A stretch of 64,000 nucleotides of DNA from an uncultured bacterium (GTDB lineage: Bacteria; Patescibacteriota; Dojkabacteria; SC72): the NCBI GenBank assembly GCA_903840015.1, contig CAIMEL010000024.1:1057-65056 (forward strand), in the 5' to 3' direction. The translations under genes and the position numbers were made by a program. The notes under the pieces are model-generated. The model saw only the letters and a list, made by a program, of their open reading frames with translations, did not search any database and was not told the DNA's origin. Below are positions 29,157 to 38,029 of this stretch, piece after piece (within the stretch, counting starts at the first letter, position 1; each line of letters begins with the position of its first letter).

Positions 29157-30098
29157 TTACTCGGTGGGCATTTCAAACTTACCGAGTTCGAGACCACTAC
29201 AGGATGTGAATTTACTCACAAGAACTCCTGCGTCCCGAATTCGGACTAAATCAGGCCATTCTGCCCATGAAAATGGACCTGAGTGGATACCAGCAATGAT
29301 GATGAAGTCTCCAGTCGGCGGGGCCGAGAGGAAGTACTGACCATCAACCATGGTAGCTGGTATATACACATCCCGATAGATTACAGAGAATTCCTCTGGG
29401 CTAAACATATACACCCTTTGGATTTCCCACCACGGGAAGAGCCAACCGTCGATTTCGCAACTCCACGTCCAGGAGCACTTGTCCACAAGTGTCCACATGA
29501 TATGAAGGTTCCCAGCATCTGGATGAGTCATGAACTCGACTGTGAAGTCGGAGCCACAAGCTTCATCGCAGGCAGGGGTGTACGGAATGGCGGGAGGTAC
29601 GTACGGTGGTTTTGGAGGTTTAGGTGTTTCTGGTTCAACACACAAAGGGTCATCGGCCAACAATGTTGGATCCTACTCACAGACCTCAGGGTCTGGTTCA
29701 ACACACAAAGGGTCATCGGCCAACAATGTTGGATCCCATTCACAAACCTCTGGATCTGGAGGTACGGTGACTAACCTAAACGATGCGTGGGAGAGATCTT
29801 GAATCTTCCCATTCTGATTGGTGACACTGCTCGTTACCGTAGCGCTTCCTGTCGGTGGATTTACATTCCCATACACGACAGTCGTGGATGCCTTGTAGCA
29901 TGTTTCAGCCACCAAGTATCCAGCGGGAGCGTTGAAGGTATACGACGTACCAGACAAACCGTCCACTTTAGTCCAATCACCTCCTGAAGGACAAGTATCT
30001 TGCCCACCTCCATTGGCAAGAACGGTTGATGTGCCGACTGCCGCAAGGGCGAACAGAAAAACCAGAAATACTGCAAGAACTTTCTTCATTTTTCCCAT
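29157..30098 (-). pseudogene. GC-rich secreted Cys-containing protein gene interrupted by an in-frame TAG (29675-29673)
   Basis: ORFs 29673..30125 and 29157..29663 are in the same frame; signal peptide MKKVLAVFLVFLFALAAV; the stop replaces the Trp seen in the other repeat copy. Confidence 0.75.
29631..29759. repeat. Tandem duplication, 63-bp unit x2 (PDPEVCE[W/*]DPTLLADDPLCVE)
   Basis: TGGTTCAACACACAAAGGGTCATCGGCCAACAATGTTGGATCC occurs twice, 63 nt apart. Confidence 0.95.
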
Positions 30099-30226
30099 CC
30101 TTTTCTCTCTCTTGTTAAAGAACACCGTATTATACTAATTTTTGAGAAGCACCTCAATAACTATGGGATTAAATATTGTTTTTACAATCTGGCAAAAATA
30201 CCATATTCCTAGTAAAATATTCATAT

Positions 30227-30302
30227 GCGAGAGTAGTTCAGTTGGTAGAATGTCTGCTTCCCAAGTAGAAGGTCGCGGGTTCGAATCCCGTCTCTCGCTC
30301 CA
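30227..30302 (+). tRNA. tRNA-Gly (CCC)
   Basis: GCGAGAGTAGTTCAGTTGGTAGAA...TTCCCAA...GGTTCGAATCCCGTCTCTCGCTCCA; CCA encoded. Confidence 0.96.
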
Positions 30303-30322
30303 TAATATATAGTTAAAGCAAA

Positions 30323-31045
30323 ATGACAGACCCTATTCTAGATCCATCAGAAAATCCTTTCAAAGAAACCTTAATTGTAAGAACAGAGGATACAGAATAT
30401 CCATGTTTAGAGTATGACCCAACAAAGAAAACCTTGATTGTATTGATTGGTGGATCTGGTTCTGGTAAAGATACAATTATGGACGCCATCCTTGAACAAG
30501 GTAATGCTATCCATGTACAAACAGCAACATCAAGAAACATTCGTAAAGGGGAAGATCCAAACAAATATCTTTGGATGAGAAAGCAGAGAGAGGGAGAAGA
30601 CTTTGAAGAATACAAAAAGAATCTCTTACGAGAGTATGACCTAGTAGAACAAGACCCCCATGATGGAAGTGTTTACGGTTTACCAAGATTAAATATTGAA
30701 AAAGCTCTAGCAAATATTGAAGATACCAGATTCCCAATATTGAGGATGGAGATAAAGGGAGCGAAACGTGTACAAGAAATCTTTGGTGAAGATTACAATG
30801 TTGTGGTGATTGGTATAAAGCCAGAGGATGAAAAAGAATTCGAAACCGCTATTAGAACAAGACAACAGGACGATCCATTACCGGAAGAAGAAATCCGAAC
30901 TCGTGTAATTGAGGCTTCACAGAAACAGAAACTTAACGATTCCTTTGCACATTTCACAATAGTGAATAGTAGAAAACCAGGAGGTTTGGAGAGATCAGTA
31001 AATTCTCTAGCATATTTACTTAGAACACTTGCTGGTACAAATTAA
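30323..31045 (+). CDS. gmk: Guanylate kinase-like protein
   Basis: P-loop GGSGSGKDT, ATSRNIRKGE, VYG and EI.GA; divergent. Confidence 0.75.
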   Translation: MTDPILDPSENPFKETLIVRTEDTEYPCLEYDPTKKTLIVLIGGSGSGKDTIMDAILEQGNAIHVQTATSRNIRKGEDPNKYLWMRKQREGEDFEEYKKNLLREYDLVEQDPHDGSVYGLPRLNIEKALANIEDTRFPILRMEIKGAKRVQEIFGEDYNVVVIGIKPEDEKEFETAIRTRQQDDPLPEEEIRTRVIEASQKQKLNDSFAHFTIVNSRKPGGLERSVNSLAYLLRTLAGTN

Positions 31046-31090
31046 TATTCTTGTTAAAAAAGCGACTCTTTGTTACAATAACGTTACAAT

Positions 31091-31163
31091 GCTGATGTAG
31101 CTCAGTCGGTAGAGCATTCCCTTCGTAAGGGACAGGTCGATGGTTCGAGGCCATCCATCAGCT
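31091..31163 (+). tRNA. tRNA-Thr (CGT)
   Basis: GCTGATGTAGCTCAGTCGGTAGAGC...TTCGTAA...GGTTCGAGGCCATCCATCAGCT. Confidence 0.94.
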
Positions 31164-31174
31164 TACCTTGATAT

Positions 31175-32260
31175 ATGAAAACACCAAAATACAAATTAAC
31201 AAATCTAATACTCAACTACATAGTTAGATATGAATTAGCTATTAATGAGATTAAATATCACCCTCTTCCTGAAAAATATCAAACAACATTAAGCGAGAAA
31301 CTTGGAGCAGAGGACACAGAACATCTCGCAGAACTCATATCCTACCCTCTTGGATACAACAAAGCACTCCTCATAGAGAGAGGACAAGAAATGCCATCTC
31401 AAAAGAAGGCTTTTAAGATATTTACAAATTTCCGTAATGCTAAAGATTTCGTCAAATCATATGACAACAGCAATGCCTTAAAACCCTCAATGGATTTAGC
31501 AACCCACCTAAACAAGTTAGTTATGAAAGGGCTGGTTGATGATTGGGATATTGGAAAACTCAGATCCTTTTCAGAAAAACCAAATGAAATATATGATACC
31601 TGGTACAAAAAAAGAGACTTCTATCCAAACCTAGAACCTGTAGCACATTTCAACGAGATATTCGAATGGATACAAAATGGAAAAGATAGTAATCACAGGC
31701 TAATAAAAATTGGAGTATTGCTTTACGAATTCATAGACAAAGCACCATTTGCTTGTGGTAATCAAATTACAACCATTCTAATACTAGAAATGTTAACTAA
31801 GAAATATGGATACAATCCTGACAATATCCTTCCTCTTTTTAAGGCCATAGATAATATATCCGAGGATATACTTGCAGCATTTAAAATCTCTAAGAGTAAT
31901 CTAGATTTAACAACTTTCCTTGAGGCATTTCTGTACACACTCTCACTGTGTGCGATAGATGTATCTAGAGAAATAACCATCACACATAAAAACAAGGTAA
32001 AAAAACAAGGCTCACTTGAGCTTCAACTAAATCCCAGACAGATTAAACTCCTCGACTATCTTGCAATTAATCAAAAAGTTACCAGAAACAAAGTTACAAG
32101 AATGATGGGTGTCTCATTCATGACCTCATACAGAGACTTACAAGATATGTTAGAGAAAAACTATTTGAAACAGAAAGGGAAAGGAAGAGGAACATACTAT
32201 GTACTTAGTAAGGAAATGGTACCAGATACTGATGAAATCTTGGTGGAAGAAATTGAATAA
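31175..32260 (+). CDS. Fic-family protein with degenerate active site and C-terminal wHTH
   Basis: F/K.PKY..T N-terminus; YEFIDKAPFACGNQ at the Fic motif position; LNPRQ...SYRDLQ...GKGRGTYY. Confidence 0.8.
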   Translation: MKTPKYKLTNLILNYIVRYELAINEIKYHPLPEKYQTTLSEKLGAEDTEHLAELISYPLGYNKALLIERGQEMPSQKKAFKIFTNFRNAKDFVKSYDNSNALKPSMDLATHLNKLVMKGLVDDWDIGKLRSFSEKPNEIYDTWYKKRDFYPNLEPVAHFNEIFEWIQNGKDSNHRLIKIGVLLYEFIDKAPFACGNQITTILILEMLTKKYGYNPDNILPLFKAIDNISEDILAAFKISKSNLDLTTFLEAFLYTLSLCAIDVSREITITHKNKVKKQGSLELQLNPRQIKLLDYLAINQKVTRNKVTRMMGVSFMTSYRDLQDMLEKNYLKQKGKGRGTYYVLSKEMVPDTDEILVEEIE

Positions 32261-32287
32261 CGTAGTTAAAATTGATAATATATCCTC

Positions 32288-33790
32288 ATGTCTGAAAGCG
32301 AAAAATATGATGTAATAATTGGATTAGAGATACATATTCAAACTAACACCAAATCCAAGATGTTCTGTTCCTGCCCTACTGGATATTTTCAGAAAGAACC
32401 AAACACCCATGTTTGTCCTGTATGTTTAGGACTCCCTGGAGCTCTTCCTGTACCAAACAAGAGAGCTATTGAGTTATGTATTTTAATGGGATTAGCAACC
32501 AATTGTGATATCGACAAGGAGATATACTTTGACAGAAAACACTATTTCTACCCAGATCTTCCAAAAGGATATCAGATAAGTCAGTACAAACGAGCTATTT
32601 GTACAGATGGATATATAGATTTAAAGAATGGGAACAGAGTAGAGATAGAGAGAATACATCAGGAGGAAGATGTCGCAAAATCAACACACCATTCCGAGAA
32701 CAACAAAGAATACTCACTAATTGATTACAACAAATCGGGAGTCCCATTAATCGAGATTGTAACCAAACCTTGTATTAAGAGTGCACAGGAAGCAAAAGAA
32801 TTTGCAACGAAGATAAGGCAGATAAGTAGATATTTGAATATATCCTTCGCAGATATGGAAAAAGGACAAATGCGATGTGAACCAAATATCTCAGTCCAAG
32901 AGAAAGGAAAATGGGAATACAAAGATGGAAAAATTTTGCCAATTGGTGATTACAAATTAAACAGTAAAGTCGAGGTTAAGAACATTGGCTCAATAACCGC
33001 AGTGGAGAAAGCAATTGAGTATGAAGTTAAGAGATTGGTTGATGATATTGAGAATGGAAAAGAGATAATTCAACAAACACGAGGATGGAATGCTGAGAAA
33101 GGTGTTACAGAATTTCAGAGAAGTAAAGAAACTGCAGACGATTACAGATATATGCCGGAACCAGACATCTTAGTCATAGATGTTACTGAAGAGGATATTG
33201 AAAGAATATCTTCTGAAATAGTAGAACTTCCAGATGAAAAAACTGAAAGATATATATCCTCTTGGGGAATATCAGAATATTCAGCAGAAGTTATCTCATC
33301 TACAAAGGAGAATGCAACATATTTTGAAAATTTACAAAAAGTCCTAAGTCCAAAACTCGGAGAGAAAGATGCTGCAATAGAAGCATCAAATTGGTTAATG
33401 GGAACTCTCTACTCCATATCAAATGAGAAAGGTATCACTGTCTCTGAAATGGATATAGATATTACAGAGCTTGCCCTTCTCATACTTTCCTTCAAGGAAG
33501 GTATCTTTACAAAGAATAAAGCAGAAGAACTTCTTAGAGAGTGTATTGAGAATGGAAAAGATATAACTGCAGAGATAGAGAATTTGAAACAAGCAAAGAA
33601 CGATACCTCTGGAGATATAGATAATATTGTAGAGGAATGTATTGTGCAAAATCCAAAAGCTGTCGAAGATTACAAATCTGGGAAAGATGCATCAATAGGA
33701 TTTCTAGTTGGTAAGATTATGCAAGCTACAAAGGGAACAGCAAATCCAAATGAAGTAAGAAATATATTAATAGAGAAATTAAAAAGATGA
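32288..33790 (+). CDS. gatB: Asp/Glu-tRNA amidotransferase subunit B
   Basis: IGLEIH, CPVCLGLPGALP, YFYPDLPKGYQISQ, EVKN and DYRY.PEPD. Confidence 0.98.
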   Translation: MSESEKYDVIIGLEIHIQTNTKSKMFCSCPTGYFQKEPNTHVCPVCLGLPGALPVPNKRAIELCILMGLATNCDIDKEIYFDRKHYFYPDLPKGYQISQYKRAICTDGYIDLKNGNRVEIERIHQEEDVAKSTHHSENNKEYSLIDYNKSGVPLIEIVTKPCIKSAQEAKEFATKIRQISRYLNISFADMEKGQMRCEPNISVQEKGKWEYKDGKILPIGDYKLNSKVEVKNIGSITAVEKAIEYEVKRLVDDIENGKEIIQQTRGWNAEKGVTEFQRSKETADDYRYMPEPDILVIDVTEEDIERISSEIVELPDEKTERYISSWGISEYSAEVISSTKENATYFENLQKVLSPKLGEKDAAIEASNWLMGTLYSISNEKGITVSEMDIDITELALLILSFKEGIFTKNKAEELLRECIENGKDITAEIENLKQAKNDTSGDIDNIVEECIVQNPKAVEDYKSGKDASIGFLVGKIMQATKGTANPNEVRNILIEKLKR

Positions 33791-34080
33791 AAATAGATGT
33801 AAAACACATAGCTGATCTATCAAGAATTACTCTCTCAGAGGAAGAATTGAAACAGTTCACTCCACAAATGGAAACAATACTTGAGTCAGTAGAGATATTA
33901 ACAACCGTTAATACGGATTCTGTTCAACCAATGAAGAAACACATACCTCTTGAGAAATTAAGAGATGATGTTTCCAGGGAAGGGCTTACACAGGAAGAAG
34001 TTCTAAAAAATGCAAAATATACAGAACAAGGTTATGTAAAAATCTATGGTAAGATTTTTGGAGATATCGAAGAGAGTTAA
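33787..34080 (+). CDS. gatC: Asp/Glu-tRNA amidotransferase subunit C
   Basis: VKHIADLSRI.LSEEE, LRDD and VLKNA; coupled to gatB. Confidence 0.9.
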   Translation: MKIDVKHIADLSRITLSEEELKQFTPQMETILESVEILTTVNTDSVQPMKKHIPLEKLRDDVSREGLTQEEVLKNAKYTEQGYVKIYGKIFGDIEES

Positions 34081-34132
34081 TCAAAGTCTATCCAAATTCA
34101 TCATAATTTAGTAGAATGTATAGCTATTTTAT

Positions 34133-34218
34133 GCCGAGATGGTGAAATTGGCAGACACGCTTGCCTTAGGAGCAAGTGGGAGTAATTTCCCTTGGAGGTT
34201 CGAGTCCTCTTCTCGGCA
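34133..34218 (+). tRNA. tRNA-Leu (TAG)
   Basis: GCCGAGATGGTGAAATTGGCAGACAC...CTTAGGA, long variable arm, GGTTCGAGTCC. Confidence 0.95.
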
Positions 34219-34239
34219 TATATATTTAAACAGAAGAAC

Positions 34240-34476
34240 ATGATTAAAAACCTAATTAGACCTTTTCAAGAAGTACTATTAGAAAGAAAGCTATGTGTTG
34301 GGTGTACAAATCCACTTGATCAGGCAAAAAAGATGGGAAATCTCTCTGATAACAGATTCATAGTACAGTGTAGATGTAAAAGGAGATATGTTTTTGACAA
34401 AGAAATCGGTCTGTTCCAAAGAGCATCCCTTGCAGAAGAACAACAGATACTGAGAGAGATTGCAAAGAGAAAGTAA
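34240..34476 (+). CDS. Small putative zinc-binding protein (CxxC...CxC)
   Basis: MIKNLIRPF...CVGC...CRCKRRY; sits between two tRNAs. Confidence 0.7.
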   Translation: MIKNLIRPFQEVLLERKLCVGCTNPLDQAKKMGNLSDNRFIVQCRCKRRYVFDKEIGLFQRASLAEEQQILREIAKRK

Positions 34477-34517
34477 CTTCACAAAATACTCCAATTATAG
34501 TAGAATCTTTCAGTTAT

Positions 34518-34590
34518 GCCGCTATCGTCTAGTGGTCTAGGACAACAGGTTTTCATCCTGTAAACCGGGGTTCGATTCCCCGTAGCGGTA
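34518..34590 (+). tRNA. tRNA-Glu (TTC)
   Basis: GCCGCTATCGTCTAGTGGTCTAGGAC...TTTTCAT...GGTTCGATTCCCCGTAGCGGTA. Confidence 0.95.
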
Positions 34591-34668
34591 ATTGTGTCAA
34601 AGAATTGCATATTCCCCAAATTTCGATTAGTATTATTAAGTGTATATTTACTTTAACTGCCAATCATA

Positions 34669-35283
34669 ATGTACGAACAAGAACAAACTGTAAAAACTAC
34701 TCAGACAGAGAAAATCTCCTCCATTTTCTCTTCCATAAGTCAGTTCATTCTCTCTTTTCTTGAAACGGTTGTAGTAGCATTAGTAATCTCCGTTGTCCTC
34801 TACCTCTTCATAATGACCCCTCACGAGGTTGTGGGGAACTCAATGCATCCTACATACAAGAATGGGGAGTATTTAATGGCCAACAAAATATCATATCGAA
34901 TTGGAGAGCCACAGAGAGGTGATGTGATCATATTTAAATATTCTGAAACTCAAGACTTCATCAAACGCGTAATTGGATTACCAGGAGACACAGTAATGTT
35001 GAAAGATGGACATATATATATAAATGATAAAATCCTTGACGAATCTGGATATCTTAGTGATTCTGTATATACAAATGGTGGTAATTTCCTAAAAGAAGGA
35101 GAAAGTAAAACAGTTCCTGATGGTCAATATTTTGTTTGTGGAGATAACAGACCACATAGTTCAGATTCAAGAGAATTCGGTCCAATTAAGACAGAAGATA
35201 TCAAAGGAAAGGCCTGGATTGTGTATTTTCCTTTCTCTGAGTTCCGAATTGTACAACATGAGACATATACAAATACAGAGTAG
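34669..35283 (+). CDS. lepB: Signal peptidase I
   Basis: GNSMHPT, RGDVIIF, FIKRVIGLPGD and GDNRPHSSDSR. Confidence 0.95.
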   Translation: MYEQEQTVKTTQTEKISSIFSSISQFILSFLETVVVALVISVVLYLFIMTPHEVVGNSMHPTYKNGEYLMANKISYRIGEPQRGDVIIFKYSETQDFIKRVIGLPGDTVMLKDGHIYINDKILDESGYLSDSVYTNGGNFLKEGESKTVPDGQYFVCGDNRPHSSDSREFGPIKTEDIKGKAWIVYFPFSEFRIVQHETYTNTE

Positions 35284-35315
35284 ATATGTTGTGTGAAACA
35301 TGCTAAAGTAGAAAT

Positions 35316-36110
35316 ATGGAAATATTTGTCATTGCAAATCAAAAAGGAGGCGTAGGCAAAACTACTACAGTTATGAATTTAGGTGCGAGCTTAGCACTTA
35401 AGAGAAAAAAGGTCCTACTAATCGATTTAGATCCACAATCAAATCTTTCCTCTGGTTTAGGATTTACACAGCAATTTGACAAACAAAGTTGGAATTCCCA
35501 AGACGAAGCACCTTACAAAAGCATATACAATGTTCTGGTTGATGGGGAGAAAATCTCCTCTGTTTTTGTTTCCACCAGCACCCCTAACCTATTCTTAGTA
35601 CCATCCCATCTCTCATTAGCTGGAGCAGAGATTGAAATGGTAAATATGCTAAGCCGTGAGTCTCTGCTGAAGAAAGCCATAGCTGAGTTCAAAGAAGATT
35701 TTGACTACGTCATAATAGATTGCCCACCATCACTTGGACTTTTAACAATTAATGCACTTTGTGCTGCTAACAAACTACTCATACCTATACAGTGTGAATA
35801 CTTTGCTCTTGAAGGTCTTGGACAGCTCATAGAGACAACAAAACTCGTAAAAGGTATAAATCCAAACTTAGTCATAGGTGGTGTAATTTTAACAATGTAT
35901 GATAGTAGAACGAAGCTTTCCGAAAGTGTTGTGAATGATGTGAAGGATTTTTTCCAAGATCTTGCATTTAATTCCATTGTACCTAGAAATGTCCGCCTTT
36001 CTGAAGCACCATCATACGGGAAGACAATCTTCCAATATGATGAGAAATCTACAGGTGCTTTAGCATACAAACAGTTAGCAAAGGAATTTATTCAAAGATT
36101 TAAAGTTTAA
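35316..36110 (+). CDS. parA: ParA/Soj ATPase
   Basis: NQKGGVGKTT, DLDPQ, IDCPPSLG, QCEYFALEG and PRNVRLSEAPS. Confidence 0.97.
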   Translation: MEIFVIANQKGGVGKTTTVMNLGASLALKRKKVLLIDLDPQSNLSSGLGFTQQFDKQSWNSQDEAPYKSIYNVLVDGEKISSVFVSTSTPNLFLVPSHLSLAGAEIEMVNMLSRESLLKKAIAEFKEDFDYVIIDCPPSLGLLTINALCAANKLLIPIQCEYFALEGLGQLIETTKLVKGINPNLVIGGVILTMYDSRTKLSESVVNDVKDFFQDLAFNSIVPRNVRLSEAPSYGKTIFQYDEKSTGALAYKQLAKEFIQRFKV

Positions 36111-36127
36111 ATTTAATACAAATAAAT

Positions 36128-36982
36128 ATGGCAGAGCAAGCAAGATTGGGAAAAGGTTTAGCAGCATTAATCAATTCTAATGAGATAGATAACTCAAGTA
36201 GTGCATTCGTTGAGAATTTTGACATAAACAGTATAGATGCAAATCCATACCAACCAAGAATGCATATAGATCCTGAAGAATTGATACAGATTGCAGATAC
36301 AATTAGAGAGCATGGAATAATACAACCTCTCATCATTACAAAAGACAAAAATTCTGATCGATACTTCTTAATAGCTGGTGAAAGGAGACTTAGGGCAGCA
36401 CAACTTGCAGGTCTAAGAAGTGTCCCTGTTGTACTGAAAGATAGCTCTCCTCAAGAGATGCTTGAGATAGCAATTATTGAAAATGTACAAAGAAAAGATT
36501 TAAACCCTCTTGAAGAAGCATATGCCTACAAACAGATGCAGGATGAGTTTGGTATCTCACAAGATGATATAGCTAGAAAAGTTGGATACAGTAGAGTTGC
36601 AATAACAAACAAGATTAGGCTATTAGCAATTCCAGAGGAGATTAAAGAAGATATTTTGAATGAAAACCTTAGTGAAGGCCATGCTAGAGCATTACTTGGA
36701 ATCAAAGATACTACCTCCATGATTGCAGCTGCAGACCTCATAATCAAAAGAGGTATGAGTGTGAGAGAGACAGAAGCACTCGTAAGAAAAATAAACTATG
36801 GAAAGGGATCTACCACACGTTCCTGGAAGAAAACAGATAATGAAACAGAGAAATATTCAACAGAATTAAGCAAGAAACTAGGTTACACAGCACATATTAC
36901 AAAGATGACCAAGGGAGGGAAAGTCGTAATTAGATACAATACAAGAGCTGAATTACAAGAATTAATGCAAAAGCTTCTTTAG
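36128..36982 (+). CDS. parB: ParB/Spo0J partition protein
   Basis: LGKGLAAL, NPYQPR, IAGERRLRA, ENVQRKDL and GHARAL. Confidence 0.97.
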   Translation: MAEQARLGKGLAALINSNEIDNSSSAFVENFDINSIDANPYQPRMHIDPEELIQIADTIREHGIIQPLIITKDKNSDRYFLIAGERRLRAAQLAGLRSVPVVLKDSSPQEMLEIAIIENVQRKDLNPLEEAYAYKQMQDEFGISQDDIARKVGYSRVAITNKIRLLAIPEEIKEDILNENLSEGHARALLGIKDTTSMIAAADLIIKRGMSVRETEALVRKINYGKGSTTRSWKKTDNETEKYSTELSKKLGYTAHITKMTKGGKVVIRYNTRAELQELMQKLL

Positions 36983-37728
36983 AAACCTTTTACTTCTTGT
37001 CTTAATTTCTCATATACCAATACAGAAGCAGTAGCGCTTACATTAAGAGAGCCTATACCTTCACGCATTGGTAAGGAAATATTGGCATCTACCCTTTCAA
37101 GCATACCTGGAGAGATTCCAACATCTTCAGCTCCTAAAACAAATGCCACAGGACCTCTCAAATCAACATCGTAATAGTTCTGACCCTCCATATGTACTGC
37201 ATACACCTTAATATCATTCTCTTTGAGAGTTTTAAGGGCATTAAAAAGATTCATCTCCACTAAAGGAACTCTTTCAGCTGCTCCCATTGAAATACGAATA
37301 GTCTCATCTGAAATTAAACCTTTATCTTGAGGATTGATTATTATGCCATTAACACCAGAAGCAAAAGCTGTTCTCATAACCGCAGCAATATTCTGGGAAT
37401 ATTTAAGATTATCCAAAATCAAAAAGAATGGAATCTTTCTCTCTTCATAAATCTTGTCTAGAAGTTCTTTTAAATTCCAATCATTATTTGAAACCATATA
37501 TCCTATTAGACTCTCTGAAGAGGAAGTTCGTAATTTCCTATTTAAAGCACGTCTTGAAACTTTGAGGATTGGAACCCTATTCTTAGAAGCTAATTCAAAA
37601 ATCTCTCTACTCTTCTCATCTTTAAAAGCATTACTAGCGGCATATATCTTGTCAAACTCTCTGCCTTCTTTAAGAAGCTCTAAAAGAGCATTCTTACTCT
37701 CAATCTGTATGAATTTGGATTTAGACAT
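36979..37728 (-). CDS. rlmB: TrmH/SpoU family rRNA methyltransferase (RlmB-like)
   Basis: LILD......NIAAVMRTA, SMGA, VLGAE..G and SLNVS. Confidence 0.85.
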   Translation of the reverse strand: MSKSKFIQIESKNALLELLKEGREFDKIYAASNAFKDEKSREIFELASKNRVPILKVSRRALNRKLRTSSSESLIGYMVSNNDWNLKELLDKIYEERKIPFFLILDNLKYSQNIAAVMRTAFASGVNGIIINPQDKGLISDETIRISMGAAERVPLVEMNLFNALKTLKENDIKVYAVHMEGQNYYDVDLRGPVAFVLGAEDVGISPGMLERVDANISLPMREGIGSLNVSATASVLVYEKLRQEVKGF

Positions 37729-37732
37729 AATA

Positions 37733-37999
37733 CTACTTTGATTCTACCACATCTACATAGTATTGATTTCTCTTGAATGAAGTCATTCTTCGAAATTTCA
37801 CAACACCATCTTTCTTAGCGTGTATAGCAAAGGTTTTACCCATATATGTGTTTACTCCTGGGTGATATACAGATCCATTCTGTTTAATAATAATATTCCC
37901 AGCAGTTACCATTTCACCTGCATATTTCTTTACACCTAATCTCTTACCAGCAACATTACCATGATTTGATGTTGTGCCAGCTGCTGCAACATGTGACAT
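37733..37999 (-). CDS. rpmA: 50S ribosomal protein L27
   Basis: KRLGVK..GE.V.AGNII.KQ.G...HPG.N; unusual N-terminus. Confidence 0.93.
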   Translation of the reverse strand: MSHVAAAGTTSNHGNVAGKRLGVKKYAGEMVTAGNIIIKQNGSVYHPGVNTYMGKTFAIHAKKDGVVKFRRMTSFKRNQYYVDVVESK

Positions 38000-38029
38000 T
38001 TCATTATTAAATCAACTTAAATCTAGAAC

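Noticed and set aside
29673-29675. Genome-wide stop-codon reassignment (TAG or TGA)
   Set aside because: TAG and TGA terminate conserved genes at expected lengths (for example parB and lepB with TAG, dnaE and gatB with TGA), and RF2 is intact.
29631-29759. Direct repeats as a mini CRISPR array
   Set aside because: Only two copies, the intervening bases are also similar, the 63-nt period is in frame and protein-coding, and there are no cas genes.
29283-29802. Plus-strand ORFs of 163 and 90 aa
   Set aside because: Antisense shadows of the GC-rich minus-strand gene, which has a signal peptide and coherent domains.
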